A stretch of 63,857 bases of DNA, filler included, from Sphingomonadaceae bacterium (GCA_050261575.1; 8 parts of 8 records of this genome joined end to end with filler, not necessarily neighbours in it); one strand, 5' to 3'. Positions 37,703 through 49,039 are shown, counted from the whole stretch's first letter. A program made the numbers and translations. The notes: generated by a model not told the origin, from the sequence alone.

Positions 37703-38077
37703 GTGATGGAGATGCCCGCAGCCAAGGAGGAGTTCCGCGAGCGGCTGCTGGAGGAGCGCCGGAGGCTGCTGGAGGAGATCGACGCCCTCGTTAGCCTCCA
37801 CGCCGACGGCCTCAGCACCACGACCGAGTACGAGCACTACGGCAACCACATGGCGGACATCGGCACCGAGACCTTCGAGCACGAGAGGGATCTGGCCCTG
37901 GAGATCAACCTGCGCCGGCAGTTGCAGGCCACCGAGGACGCCCTCAAACGGTTCGACGAGGGGACCTACGGGGTGTGCAGCAACTGCGGGGAGCCGATCC
38001 CCCTGGAGCGGCTGGAGGCGCTGCCGCAGGCCACCCTGTGTATCCGGTGCAAGAGACAGCAGGAGAGACAGCACTGA
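37703..38077 (+). CDS. TraR/DksA C4 zinc-finger protein
   Basis: NHMADIGTETFE, GTYGVCSNCGEPIPLERLEALP..LCIRC. Confidence 0.9.
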   Translation: MMEMPAAKEEFRERLLEERRRLLEEIDALVSLHADGLSTTTEYEHYGNHMADIGTETFEHERDLALEINLRRQLQATEDALKRFDEGTYGVCSNCGEPIPLERLEALPQATLCIRCKRQQERQH

Positions 38078-38625
38078 CGAACGAAGATCGAACCAACGTC
38101 GCACATCCAAAGCCCGAGGCCGAGCGCGGGCGAGGCGCGTCCCTCAGGACGCCCCTCCTGCTCCTGACTGCACTGGCCGTCCTGGCGCTGGACCAGGCGA
38201 GCAAGACCGCCATCCGACAGATGCTGCTGGACGCGGGCACGACCTCCATCCCGCTCGTCGGGGGGGTGGTCAAGCTGACCTACGTGGAGAACCGCGGGGC
38301 GGCCTTCGGCATCCTCCAGAACCAGTCCCTATTCTTCATCGCCGTCGGCATCCTGGTGGTGGGCGGGATCCTGGTGGGCCACAGATTCGTCCCAGGCCAC
38401 AAGACCTCGCTGGCCGTGTGCCTCGGCCTGCAGCTCGGGGGTGCCACGGGCAACCTGATCGACCGGATGCGATACGGCCACGTCTTCGACTTCGTGGACC
38501 TCACCTACTGGCCGGTGTTCAACGTGGCGGACTCGGCAATCGTGATCGGCGTGGCCGTCCTGGCCTATCATCTCCTCACCAGCCCCACAGACCAGCCGTC
38601 CTCCGGCAGCGTTTCCTCGAAGTGA
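38074..38625 (+). CDS. lspA: Lipoprotein signal peptidase II (start uncertain, CTG assumed)
   Basis: LDQASK, ENRGAAFG, GNLIDR, VFNVAD. Confidence 0.93.
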   Translation: MTNEDRTNVAHPKPEAERGRGASLRTPLLLLTALAVLALDQASKTAIRQMLLDAGTTSIPLVGGVVKLTYVENRGAAFGILQNQSLFFIAVGILVVGGILVGHRFVPGHKTSLAVCLGLQLGGATGNLIDRMRYGHVFDFVDLTYWPVFNVADSAIVIGVAVLAYHLLTSPTDQPSSGSVSSK

Positions 38626-39527
38626 GAGAGTTCGTTTCCGAAGAAGACGCAGGGACCCGCCTGGACGTCTACCTGGCGAAGGTCCATCCCGAGCGGTCCA
38701 GGGCTGCCTGGCAGCGCGCGATCGAGGAGAGGCTCATCACCGTGAACGGGATGCTGCCGAAGGCCGGCACCCGGTTGGACGAGGGCGACGAGGTGGAGAT
38801 CGCCGAGCCGGAGGAGCGGCCGATCGAGCCTGCGGACAACCTCCCCATCCTGTGTGTGGTGTACGAGGACCCGTCGGTGGTGGTCATCGACAAGCAGCCG
38901 GGGGTGGTGGTGCACCCGTCGCCCGGGCACCTGACGGGGACCCTGGTGGACGCCCTGGTGGCCCGCTACCCCGAGATTCGGGGCGTCCCGGGGCCGGGCC
39001 GGCCGGGCATCGTGCACCGGCTGGACAAGGACACCTCGGGACTCATGGTGGTGGCGCGCACGCCCGAGGCGCTGCTGGAACTGCAGCACCAGATGAAGCA
39101 GCGCACCATAGAGAAGCGTTACCTGGTGCTGGTGGAGGGGGGGCTCGACGACGACCGAGGGCTGATCGACCTGCCGATCGCCAGGGACCTCGTCCGGCGC
39201 CAGCAGATGTCGGTCCAGTTGGAGGGGAAGCCAGCGCGCACCTCCTTCGAGGTGCTTGAGCGGTTCCGCGGCTACACCTACCTGGAGGCCAGGCCGATCA
39301 GCGGCCGCACCCACCAGATAAGGGTGCACTTCTCTTTCATCGGCCATCCGGTGGCCGGGGATCGACTGTACGGCTCGGGTCGGGGCCCCAACGGCTTGAA
39401 GCGCCAGTTCCTCCACGCGACCGTGCTGGCCTTCGACTCGCCCCGCACGAGGGAGCGGCTGACCTTCCGGTCGCCTCTGCCGGGTGACCTGGAGGCGTGC
39501 CTGGAGTGGCTGCGGACACACGAGTAG
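38622..39527 (+). CDS. rluD: RluA/RluD-family pseudouridine synthase
   Basis: S4 domain, GIVHRLDKDTSG, GRTHQIRVH, FLHA. Confidence 0.88.
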   Translation: MREFVSEEDAGTRLDVYLAKVHPERSRAAWQRAIEERLITVNGMLPKAGTRLDEGDEVEIAEPEERPIEPADNLPILCVVYEDPSVVVIDKQPGVVVHPSPGHLTGTLVDALVARYPEIRGVPGPGRPGIVHRLDKDTSGLMVVARTPEALLELQHQMKQRTIEKRYLVLVEGGLDDDRGLIDLPIARDLVRRQQMSVQLEGKPARTSFEVLERFRGYTYLEARPISGRTHQIRVHFSFIGHPVAGDRLYGSGRGPNGLKRQFLHATVLAFDSPRTRERLTFRSPLPGDLEACLEWLRTHE

Positions 39528-39669
39528 GGCAGGGGCTTATCCCCTGCCGCAGGAGTAGGCAGGCGTGACCGCGAGGCTGTGCTCGCTCGCCTCGCATGCT
39601 CGCACGCATCACGTGTCCCCTGCCGCGCCGTCCATCGACCGGGCAGCGGGGGATGAGCCCCCGCCACAT
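39524..39669. repeat. GTAG-type REP pair
   Basis: GTAGGGCAGGGGCTTATCCCCTGCCG (39524-39549) ... CAGCGGGGGATGAGCCCCCGCCAC; relatives at 18946-18971 and about 41259-41283. Confidence 0.65.
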
Positions 39670-39701
39670 ATCGGGACTCATCACTCTCGAGAGGAGTGGA
39701 G

Positions 39702-41183
39702 ATGACGGAACACACAGAGATGGTGAGGACACGGATCGCACCCAGTCCGACCGGCCTTCCTCACATCGGCAACTTCAGAACGATCGTCTTCAACTGGCTC
39801 TTCGCGCGCCACCACGGGGGGAAATTCGTGGTGCGGGTGGAGGACACCGACGTGGCCAGGAAGGTCGAGGGAGCAATGGAGGCGATGCTGGACGGCCTCC
39901 GCTGGCTGGGACTGGACTGGGACGAGGGCCCCGTGGTGGGCGGTCCCCACGCGCCCTACCTCCAGTCGCAGCGGCTCCCCATCTACAGGGAGCACGCTGA
40001 GAGGCTGATAGCCCAGGGGGACGCCTACTACTGCTTCTGCAGCCCCGAGCGGCTCGCGGCCATGCGGGAGGAGCAGCAGCGCCGCAAGGAGCCCCCCGGC
40101 TACGACAGGCTCTGCCGCGCCCTCACTGAGGGGGAGATCAAGGCCAAGCTGGACGAGGGCATCACCCCCGTGATCCGGTTCAAGGTGCCGCTGGAGGGCG
40201 CCACCAGCTTCCACGACCTGATCCACGGGGAGATCACCTTCCCCAACGCCGCGCTGGACGACTTCGTGCTGATCAAGTCGGACGGGTACCCCACCTACCA
40301 CCTGGCCCACCTGGTGGACGACCATCTCATGCAGATCAGCCACGTCCTGCGGGCCGACGAGTGGATCTCCAGCACGCCGCGCCACATCCTGCTCTACCGG
40401 GCCTTCGGCTGGGAGCCGCCCAAGTTCGCCCACGTGCCCCAGATCCTGGGTCCGGACCGGGCCAAGCTGAGCAAGCGCCACGGCGCCACCTCGATCCTGG
40501 CCTACCGGGACATGGGCTACCTGCCCGAGGCGATGCTGAACTACCTGGCCCTTTTGGGCTGGGCGTACGATGCCACCACGGAGATTATGTCGAGGGACGA
40601 GCTGATCCGCTACTTCTCCATCGAGAAGATCAACAAGACCGGCGCCATCTTCGACATCACCAAACTGGACTGGATGAACGGCTACTACATCCGCCAGCTC
40701 ACCATCTCCGACCTGACCACGAGGGTGATGCCCTACCTGGAGCGGGCCGGCCTGGCCGGAGAAGGGGAGCGCGCCTACGTGGAGCGGGTGATGCCGCTGG
40801 TGCAGGAGCGGATCCGGAAGCTGAGCGACGTGGTGGAGTTTACGGACTTCTTCTTCACGGACACCCTGGAGTACGACGGCTCGCTGCTGGTCCAAAAGGG
40901 AATGGCGCTGGAGTCGAGCCTGGCCGCACTGAGGACCGCCAAGGAGCGGTTGGCGGGGCTCTCCGCGTGGGACCGCACGGCGTTGGAGGAGCTGCTCCGG
41001 CCCCTTGCGGCGGAACTGGGGTTGAAGACCGGCCAACTGTTCGGCATCCTGCGGGTGGCGAGCACGGGTCGCACCGCAGCGCCGCCCCTCTTCGAGACGA
41101 TGGAGGTGCTGGGTCGGGAGCGGGTAATGGCCCGCCTGGCGCTTGCCGAGTCCAAGCTGGAGCAACTGGTAGCGGCCTCATAG
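39702..41183 (+). CDS. gltX: Glutamate--tRNA ligase
   Basis: RIAPSPTGLPHIGN, RVEDTD, DGYPTYH, KLSKRHG. Confidence 0.96.
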   Translation: MTEHTEMVRTRIAPSPTGLPHIGNFRTIVFNWLFARHHGGKFVVRVEDTDVARKVEGAMEAMLDGLRWLGLDWDEGPVVGGPHAPYLQSQRLPIYREHAERLIAQGDAYYCFCSPERLAAMREEQQRRKEPPGYDRLCRALTEGEIKAKLDEGITPVIRFKVPLEGATSFHDLIHGEITFPNAALDDFVLIKSDGYPTYHLAHLVDDHLMQISHVLRADEWISSTPRHILLYRAFGWEPPKFAHVPQILGPDRAKLSKRHGATSILAYRDMGYLPEAMLNYLALLGWAYDATTEIMSRDELIRYFSIEKINKTGAIFDITKLDWMNGYYIRQLTISDLTTRVMPYLERAGLAGEGERAYVERVMPLVQERIRKLSDVVEFTDFFFTDTLEYDGSLLVQKGMALESSLAALRTAKERLAGLSAWDRTALEELLRPLAAELGLKTGQLFGILRVASTGRTAAPPLFETMEVLGRERVMARLALAESKLEQLVAAS

Positions 41184-41184
41184 C

Positions 41185-41283
41185 TAGGGCTGAGGACCGA
41201 GGACCCAGGACTGTGGGTGACGAGGGGTGGGTCCTGAGTCCTGGGTGCTGGGTCCTGCGCAGGCAGGGGCTCGTCCCCTGCCG
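41185..41283. repeat. Intergenic CTGAGGA/CTGGGTG heptamer arrays plus a REP
   Basis: GCTGAGG ACCGAGG ACCCAGG ... GGTCCTG AGTCCTG GGTGCTG GGTCCTG. Confidence 0.7.
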
Positions 41284-41363
41284 CCCGCCCCGCCCCCTAT
41301 GTCCTGGCCCACTCCTTGCCAGGGAGAGGCCGGAAACGGTTGAGGGGAGTCATCAGGGGGGGC

Positions 41364-42011
41364 ATGTCACGAGGGACCAGGGGAGCGGGACGGGTGCTGG
41401 CCGTGGGGGAGACTCTGGCCGCGGTGCTCCTGGTGGCGATCCCGGTGACCCTCGTGGCCTGTCGGGCCTTCGAAGGACTATTGGGCGGCGGCCGGGCTCC
41501 ACAGGCAGAGGCGCCCTCAGCCCCGACGCAGCCGCAACCAACCCCCATCCCGCCCACGGCCACGCCCCAGGCCACCCCCATTCAGCCGACGGCAACTCCG
41601 CAACCCGCAGCACCCCCCCAGCAGGCGGTGAGCCAGGAGCAAGCCCAAGCCATCGTGAGGGCCTGGTTCGAGGCACTGGCCGCAGGCGACTATCAGAGCG
41701 CGGAGCAGCTAACCACCGGCAGCGCTGCCCGGCAGACGCGGCAGGTGGCGGACACGATCCAGAGGGAGGCAGGCCAGCGGGGGGTACAGGTGAGCCTCTC
41801 CATCCGGCGGCTGGATCTGGCACCCGCGCCCCGCCCTCAGATGGGCGAGTCCGTCCACGCCGACTTCACCATCGACGCCAACGCCCGGGCAGGGCCCCTA
41901 GCCGTCCCCGCCCGCACGCTGGAGGGTGGCGCCAACTTCGTGGTGGAGCCGACCGCCACAGGGCCCAAGATCAGCGAGATCCGCGACGTCACCGGCTTGC
42001 CGATGGGGTAG
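41364..42011 (+). CDS. Hypothetical lipoprotein
   Basis: Lipobox LVAC, Pro/Thr/Gln linker, small C-terminal domain. Confidence 0.65.
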   Translation: MSRGTRGAGRVLAVGETLAAVLLVAIPVTLVACRAFEGLLGGGRAPQAEAPSAPTQPQPTPIPPTATPQATPIQPTATPQPAAPPQQAVSQEQAQAIVRAWFEALAAGDYQSAEQLTTGSAARQTRQVADTIQREAGQRGVQVSLSIRRLDLAPAPRPQMGESVHADFTIDANARAGPLAVPARTLEGGANFVVEPTATGPKISEIRDVTGLPMG

Positions 42012-43930
42012 GGCTGGCGGCTGCGGACAGGGCCCCCATCGCCAGGAATCCCAGGAAGAGCAGGGCGGCAGCTCGATAGTACTCTGCCGCGTTGCCCACC
42101 AATCTGACATCCGCATCGGCGTAGTACCCGCTGATGTCGTCCGGAAACCCGTCCATGTACTCCTCGGCATCGGGGACGTAGCGGCCATCCGACAGTCGGA
42201 ACTGCATGACAGGCAGAGGGTAGGGGTTGAGCAGCAATTCAGTCGCCATGACGTGGACATCCGAGGTCATGATCGGGCTGGAGGAGTTGCGACCGGGCGT
42301 CACCGGACCGGCCAGGAGGTGCAGCTCTGCCAGCACCAGCGCAACCAACCCCAGCACGAGTCCCGCCCGCAGGAGTCGCCCCCAACGCCCTCGTAGGGAT
42401 CTGTAGACCTCGTTGGTGCCGTAGGCCAACGTCACCGCGAGCAGTGGGAAGCCGTAGGAGATGTGGCGGAAGAAATCGTGGAACTTGCCGGCCTCGGCGG
42501 GGATGGGGCCGACTGCGAAGACCATGAGGACGTTGCCGAGGGCGGCGACAGGCATCCAGACCAGGTCGAAGTCCCTCCTCAGCATCCGGACGCCGCTCAG
42601 CACCACGGCCACAGCCACGATCGCCACGATCGCCGCCAGACCCCACTCCGGGAGCCCGAGGGCAGCAGCGTACTGACCGAACAGCCCGCTCTGCCGCACG
42701 ACGTCGAGCGTGCTGAAGAAGTTGGACAGTCGGATAGTGCCGGAGTGGTTGCCTGGCCAGATCATGCCGAACTCTCGCAGTGTGATCGCAGAGAAGAGGG
42801 CTATCACCGATCCCCAGACCGCAGCCGACAGCCAGAAGCCTCGATCCCTCCACCTGACTGCTGCTGACGCCAGGTACATGGCTCCCATGTACAGGACCCC
42901 CTCGGGCCGGGCGAGGGAGGCGAGACCGGCAACCACCCCCGCCACGATCTGCGTACGAGCGCCCCTGCCAGATCGGTCCGCATTAGCCCTGAAGTAGGCT
43001 GCCAGAATCACCATCGTCATCAGCAGCCCGTCAGCCTCGGCCACGTCGAGAGTGTAGTTGCGCAGCAACGGGAACGAGGCCGTGAGGGCCGCGAATAGGA
43101 AGCCGAGGAGAGGGCGTTGCGTCACCTGTCTAGCAGCGAGGAAGACGGCCAGGGGCAGGAGGGTGCTACCGAGTATGAGAGGCAGGTGGCTCGCCAGGGT
43201 GCTGTGTCCCAAGAGGCTGTAGCCCATGAACAACAGGGATGGGAGCAGAGGGAAGGAGATAAAGTACCTCGAGACCCCCCCCCTTCTCCACGTGCAGGGC
43301 ATCGGTGAAGGTGGAGGGGTAATGACCGGCGACCGCCCATCCGTCGGCGGTGGCCCAGTAGCGCCAGAAGTTCACGTTGATGGTGGAGATGGAGGCGGTG
43401 GCCAACAGCAGCCCCAGGAAAACCGCTCCCAGGGGCAGAAGCGCGGGCATGGCAGCCAGGGTGGCCTTCGCGGCCTGCGTCAACCTCGCGCCCGACCCCA
43501 GTCTGAGGAGCAAGTCTCGGAGGGTCCAGAGACCAGCGTAGCCGATCACCGCCGCAGCCAGGAAGCCCACCGGCCACGACCTGCCCGACAGTAGGCTGCG
43601 ATAGTGAAAGTGGGCGAAGAGGTAGGCATGTGTCTCCTCCGAGAGGTAGCTAGCCCCCACCAGCGCCAGGCACGCCAGCAGGAGCGGGGCCGTGGCCCGC
43701 AGCAACGACACCGCCTCATAGCCGGCCAGTTGGATGCTGCCTCGTTCGACCCTGGGGCGCGCCCACCAGAGGAAGGCCAGCGTCGAACAGCCAACCAGCG
43801 AGGCCAGCCAGGGCTTGCTGAGCCCCGAGAGGGTGGTTCGATCCAACACCACCACTGTAGCCGCCATTCCCATGGAGGCCGACAGGCAGGCCAGCCAGAG
43901 CAGGACGGGCCATCCGGTCTTCAGGTGCAT
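41989..43930 (-). pseudogene. GT-C-like membrane glycosyltransferase split by a frameshift at a G9 tract
   Basis: ORFs 43166-43930 and 41989-43302 join into ...DALHVEKGGVSRYFISFP... if the run at 43275-43283 is G8; ASLARPEG motif. Confidence 0.7.
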
Positions 43931-44028
43931 TCGCGACTTCCTCTTCTGGCGTCAGGGTCTGTCGAGGGAGTTGGCAAGGCAGCCAGTGCGAGGGCGGCCA
44001 GGTACAGGTAGAGCGACCCGGTCTGGTA
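43921..44028 (-). CDS. 3' end of an upstream membrane protein
   Basis: Open to the contig end: YQTGSLYLYLAALALAALPTP... Confidence 0.4.
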   Translation of the reverse strand, partial: YQTGSLYLYLAALALAALPTPSTDPDARRGSRECT

Positions 44029-44128
44029 NNNNNNNNNNNNNNNNNNNNNNNNNNNNNNNNNNNNNNNNNNNNTTAATTAATTAANNNNNNNNNNNNNNNN
44101 NNNNNNNNNNNNNNNNNNNNNNNNNNNN

Positions 44129-44630
44129 CCGCATCGCCGTGATGCGGGATGGCGTGCTCCAGCAGCTAGACACCCCCCAGCAGCTCTACGATCACCCGGC
44201 CAACACCTTCGTCGCAGGCTTCATCGGCTCCCCGGCCATGAACTTCTTCCCGGCGCGCCTCGAGAGGGTTTCCGATGACGCCTACCTCCAGGCCGAGGGC
44301 TTCCGGCTTCGACTGCCGGAGGCATGGGCCTCCGAACTCGGCCCCCTGTCGGGACGCGACGTCACCCTCGGGATCCGGCCGGACCATCTCGTGGAGCGCG
44401 CGGGAACCCCTTCGGATGAGGATCGCACCCTTCGAGCCACGCTGGAGGTGGTCGAGAACCTGGGCAGCGAGTCGATCCTGACGCTGCGCCTCGGCTCCAC
44501 CATCTTCACATCGCGATCCCCCTACCGAGCCGGGCGCCATCCGGGAGAGACGATCGAGTTGACGGTCGACACGGCCCACCTGCACGTCTTCGACAACGAG
44601 TCAGGAACCGCGCTCGGGAAGGCCGCGTAA
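44129..44630 (+). CDS. Sugar ABC transporter ATPase (MalK/UgpC family), 3' part
   Basis: [30 protein letters not shown] (TOBE domain). Confidence 0.9.
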
Positions 44631-44750
44631 GGGACCATCCAGATCGCCGCGGGGGAGCCCCGCGGCGAGGCTTCATCGTGGCGGGGATTTGGGATTGCCC
44701 AAATCCCCAGCTTGCTCTCTCAGACTTCCAAAGCTTACTCAGAGGAGCCT

Positions 44751-47747
44751 ATGATCGCTCACGGCAACCTGTTGCACGATCTATCCGCCAGGGATCCCCA
44801 GAGGCAACCAGAGGATCTGCTGCGGAACATCTTCTCCACGCTGTTGCAGAGGGACAGTCACGTCGATGCTCAGTTTGTCGACTCTTCCCGCCGTTCGGTG
44901 GTCGGGGTTGCCGGGCTGCCCTTCGAGGCACCCGTGGTGGCCCGGCTGCTGCGAGAGGAGTTGCTGTTCGACTACCTGGAAGGACTCTGGAGGAAGGGGC
45001 GCTCGGTACTGATCACGGCCAACACGGGGTTCCCGGTCACCCCCGTGGAGGTCTACCTGTCAGGCGAGCCGGTGGAGATGATTCCCGACGTCCCGGCGCA
45101 GGTCGCCAACCTGGTGGCGGAGATCATCGCGGAGGTGCGCGGCTGGGCCGGCATCCTCGACGAAAACGGGCATCACGTCATCGACCCCACGGCTCCGCCG
45201 CCCGGCCCCCACTTCTTCACCAACCTGCTGATCGGGAACCGGATCGGCTACCCCAAGCCGCTCCAGACCACCCCCAAGAGCGTGGTAGATCACCTCGGAC
45301 GGGGCAGCTTCCGCTCTCACGCTGACACCCAGGTGCTGGCGACTCGCTGGGACATGCGCGCCGAGGAGAACGGCTTCCCGGCCAACCGGCAGTTCTACCT
45401 GACCGAGCAAGGCCGCCAGATCTTCTACTCGGCCGACCCCTCGGATCCCAACGTGGAGTGGGCCCGCACGACCCACGCCCCCAATCGCACCACCATCCGA
45501 TACCGAACTCGGTGCGGCCTGGAGATCACCCGCACCATCTTCCTGCTCCCGCACGAGGAGGGGTTGCCCCTCGCCACCGAGGCCCACTCCATCGTCGTGG
45601 CGAACTGCGGCGCAACCGATCGCCACTTGAGGATCGTGGTGACCGGCATGTTCGGGGCCGCGCAGGCCGACGCGCTGCGGGAGGACGTGCTCTACACCAA
45701 CCTGACTCTGGAAGGGCGCGTTCTCCTGAACCAAGAAGGTTCGATAGTGGCCGTCAGCCCCCACTACCATCCGTTCTGGGCCAAGGAGGACGTCCGCTTC
45801 CACTCCATGGTCGTGCACCAGGGAGGCCACACCACCTACCCCACCGAGTACACCACCAGCTACAACGAGTTCGTGGGCAACGGCACGCTGGAGCGCCCGC
45901 AAGGGGTGCGGCTGCTCTCCAACCGCCTGGCGCGGAAGGGCCCGGGCTTCTTCGCGCTCGCCGCGCCGCTCAGTCTCCCTCCGGGGGGCGAGGCTCGCGC
46001 CGACAACTTCACCGGCCTGGTCTCAAGCAAGGCCGATCCGGCGCACGACCTGCACGGCTGGGAGCGCCAAATCCACGCCCTGCTCGAGCGCTTCGGTCAG
46101 CCAGAAGAACTGGAGCGTGCCAGGAAAGCCAACGACCGTTTCCTGGAAGGCTACAGCCGCCACTGGCGGATCCGGTCGGAGGATCCCACCTTCGACCGTT
46201 ACGTCAACCAGAACCTGCCCTTCCAGATCCTCTACCAGACCTTCGTGTCCCGATCCTTCGATCAGACTCAGAAGGGACACAGGGAGATCGGGGCCCGAGA
46301 GATCCAGGATCTCTTCGCCTCCATGCCCTTCTTCCTGGCCTCCGGCCACCAGCAACTGGTCAAGGACTTGCTGCGGGAGTGGGCCAACCAGGTCTTCGAG
46401 TTCGGCTACGCCAACCACAACTTCTACTGGGTGGGCAAGCAGCCGGGCGAGTACTCCGACGACGCCTTGTGGCTGGTCCAGGCACTGGGGCGCTACCTTC
46501 GTCAGAGCGGCGACGTGGCCTTCCTGGACGAGGAGTGCCGGGTCGCGGGCACGGACCCGCGTCGGTCCCGCACCGTCTACGAGACCGTGCAGGCGATACT
46601 CCGATACTCGGGGGAGATATCCGTGGGCCGGCACGGCCTCCCGCTGCTGGATAAAGCGGACTGGAACGATACCCTCCAGGTGGACAAGGATTTCCTGAAC
46701 GGTCCGCAAAAGGAGGCCGCGTACCGCCGCCAGTTGCAGGCCGGCGGGACGTTCGGCGAGCCCCTCGATAGCGACTACTCCGAGAGCGTCATGAACGGCT
46801 TCCTCCTGAAGGTGGCGATCGACGAGGCTCGCCACATGGCGGAGAGCAGGGGCGACGAAGAGTACCTGCGAAAGCTGAATCGGATGGCCGAAGGGATGGC
46901 CGACAGGCTGCAGCGGCACGCCTGGAAGGGCGACTTCTTCGCCCGCGTGCTGTTCAACAAGTACCCCGACGGCCGCCACAGCTACCTGGGCGCCGGAGGA
47001 GACGGTCTGTCCGCCGATCCATCCCTGGAAGGGACTTACTTCCTCAACTCCTTCACCTGGTCGATCCTGGCCGGGGTCGCCACGGAGGCGCAGATAGCCA
47101 CCATGCTGCAGGTGGTGAAGAGGGTGCTCTGGACGCCCCACGGCCTGAAGCTCTGCTCGCCAGTGGACTTCAGCGACATCGCGGGCCGAGGTGGAAGCGG
47201 TGAGTACTTCCAGGGCGATCGTGAGAACGGCGGTGTCTTCAAGCACGCCGACGCCATGGCGGTGGTCGCCATGTTCGACGCCGCACGGAGGGTGGACGAC
47301 CCTCGGCTCGCCGAGGATCTGGCCGACCTGGCCTACCGGGTCCTCGATGCCATCCTGCCCTACAGGTCGATGAACGATCCCTACGTTCTGTGCGGCAACC
47401 CCCGCTTCTGCACCCAGTACAACAACAGCGAGACGGGGGAGAACGTCGGACCAACCCTGAGCGGCACCGCCACCTGGCTGCAACTCGCCCTGGCCTCGTC
47501 CATGGGGCTCAGCATCACCCCCGATCGGATCGAGGTCGATCCCATCCTCCGTTGGTCGCAGCGGTGGATAGAGATGAGGCTGAGAACCGAGCGGTGCGAG
47601 TATTCGATCCAGATATCCAAGCCCGTCGGCTTCTTCCGGACCAAGGACAATCGGCCTGCCGTCCGGCTGGACGGCGTCGAAACCCGGGGCACCGAAGTAC
47701 CCCACCGCGCCGACGGCTCATCACACACCCTGGAGGTAGCTTTCTAA
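44751..47747 (+). CDS. GH94 glycoside phosphorylase, cellodextrin-phosphorylase-like
   Basis: REIQD, SDDALW, DKADWND, GDRENGGVFKH, SGTATW; about 1000 aa with an N-terminal extension. Confidence 0.85.
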   Translation: MIAHGNLLHDLSARDPQRQPEDLLRNIFSTLLQRDSHVDAQFVDSSRRSVVGVAGLPFEAPVVARLLREELLFDYLEGLWRKGRSVLITANTGFPVTPVEVYLSGEPVEMIPDVPAQVANLVAEIIAEVRGWAGILDENGHHVIDPTAPPPGPHFFTNLLIGNRIGYPKPLQTTPKSVVDHLGRGSFRSHADTQVLATRWDMRAEENGFPANRQFYLTEQGRQIFYSADPSDPNVEWARTTHAPNRTTIRYRTRCGLEITRTIFLLPHEEGLPLATEAHSIVVANCGATDRHLRIVVTGMFGAAQADALREDVLYTNLTLEGRVLLNQEGSIVAVSPHYHPFWAKEDVRFHSMVVHQGGHTTYPTEYTTSYNEFVGNGTLERPQGVRLLSNRLARKGPGFFALAAPLSLPPGGEARADNFTGLVSSKADPAHDLHGWERQIHALLERFGQPEELERARKANDRFLEGYSRHWRIRSEDPTFDRYVNQNLPFQILYQTFVSRSFDQTQKGHREIGAREIQDLFASMPFFLASGHQQLVKDLLREWANQVFEFGYANHNFYWVGKQPGEYSDDALWLVQALGRYLRQSGDVAFLDEECRVAGTDPRRSRTVYETVQAILRYSGEISVGRHGLPLLDKADWNDTLQVDKDFLNGPQKEAAYRRQLQAGGTFGEPLDSDYSESVMNGFLLKVAIDEARHMAESRGDEEYLRKLNRMAEGMADRLQRHAWKGDFFARVLFNKYPDGRHSYLGAGGDGLSADPSLEGTYFLNSFTWSILAGVATEAQIATMLQVVKRVLWTPHGLKLCSPVDFSDIAGRGGSGEYFQGDRENGGVFKHADAMAVVAMFDAARRVDDPRLAEDLADLAYRVLDAILPYRSMNDPYVLCGNPRFCTQYNNSETGENVGPTLSGTATWLQLALASSMGLSITPDRIEVDPILRWSQRWIEMRLRTERCEYSIQISKPVGFFRTKDNRPAVRLDGVETRGTEVPHRADGSSHTLEVAF

Positions 47748-47749
47748 CC

Positions 47750-48886
47750 ATGGTCCAGACGCCCAGAATCACCGTAGTGGTCCCGGTTCGCAACGCCGAG
47801 CGGACCATGGACAAGACACTCTCCTACCTCACGGACCTGGACTACCCGGCCGACAGGTTGGAATTGATCCTGGCCGACGGGGGAAGCAGCGACGCCACCG
47901 TCGAGATCATCCGTCGGTGGCAGGAGGCGCACCCCCACATCAAGCTGGTGGAGGTCCCCAACTGTCAGTCGCCCGGCCACGCGCGCAACGCCGCACTGCG
48001 GGAGGCCACTGGGGAGTTCATACTGTTCACAGACGGCGACTGTGCCCCCAACCCGGACTGGGCCCGACGCATCCTGGAGCCGTTCTTTGCGGACGAGCGG
48101 ATCGGGGGGGTAGGCGGCGAGGTGTTGACCCTCCGGACGGATCCCAACAACGATACCGAGGCATACTGCGAGCAGGTGGGGTTCCTGAGCGTCGCGGGCA
48201 GGTGCGGGGTCCACGCGAGCGGGTACTTGCCCGGCCTGAAGGAGAAAGCCGCCCACGAGGTCAACGGTGGGGACCACTCCCCCTTCTTCGCCACCGCCAA
48301 CGCGGCATTCCGCAGGGATGCCATCCAGGCCATCGGCGGGCAGTTCTGGGATGAGCCCACGGGCGAGGATGTGGATTTCTCCCTGCGGGTGCTCCAGGCC
48401 GGCTACAGGCTCTACTTCGCCAAGGAGGCCGTGGTGAAGCACATGCACCGGGTCTCCCTCGTCAGCTACCTCCGCCAGTGGTACGGCTACGGCTTCGGCC
48501 ACCCACTCCTGGTGCAGAAGCACGCACGCGAGGGGCTGGAGGTGGTGCTGCAGTTCGGCTCGCCCAGGTTCCTCCACCTGCCGCTGCCGGGCAAGGGGAT
48601 CGTCCACCTGGGAAGCTTCCACCTGATGCACCTTTCGCTGGTGGGGATCGCCGGCAGCCTGCTGGCACTGCCACTCACTCCGGCTGCCCTCCCGGCCCTG
48701 GGGATCACCCTGGGGACATTCGTAGCCTCCTCCGTCTCCTACTTCTCCCCCTGCCGCCGCCTCCGCCCGAGGAATCGGCTGCTCACCTGGTGCAAGATCC
48801 GCTACCTGAGCAACTGGTCGTTCCTCAAGGGCGCCTGGGACGGGGGCCGGAAGTTCGGGGCTATCTGTATCGAGCCCAGTTGGTGA
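47750..48886 (+). CDS. GT2 glycosyltransferase
   Basis: VVVPVRNA, ADGGSSD, FTDGDC, GEDVDFS, RQWYGY. Confidence 0.88.
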   Translation: MVQTPRITVVVPVRNAERTMDKTLSYLTDLDYPADRLELILADGGSSDATVEIIRRWQEAHPHIKLVEVPNCQSPGHARNAALREATGEFILFTDGDCAPNPDWARRILEPFFADERIGGVGGEVLTLRTDPNNDTEAYCEQVGFLSVAGRCGVHASGYLPGLKEKAAHEVNGGDHSPFFATANAAFRRDAIQAIGGQFWDEPTGEDVDFSLRVLQAGYRLYFAKEAVVKHMHRVSLVSYLRQWYGYGFGHPLLVQKHAREGLEVVLQFGSPRFLHLPLPGKGIVHLGSFHLMHLSLVGIAGSLLALPLTPAALPALGITLGTFVASSVSYFSPCRRLRPRNRLLTWCKIRYLSNWSFLKGAWDGGRKFGAICIEPSW

Positions 48887-49039
48887 TAGAGTGAACAGAG
48901 GGGGTGGTCCGTGCGGATCACCTCTCTCTCGTGCCTAGTGCGCCTGTCGATACCCGTAGCGCCGGACCGTCGTGTCCTCCCGCCCGGTCCAAGCGTAGGG
49001 CGGGCGTAACGCTGCGCACGCTCGCGCGCCCGGCCCCTA

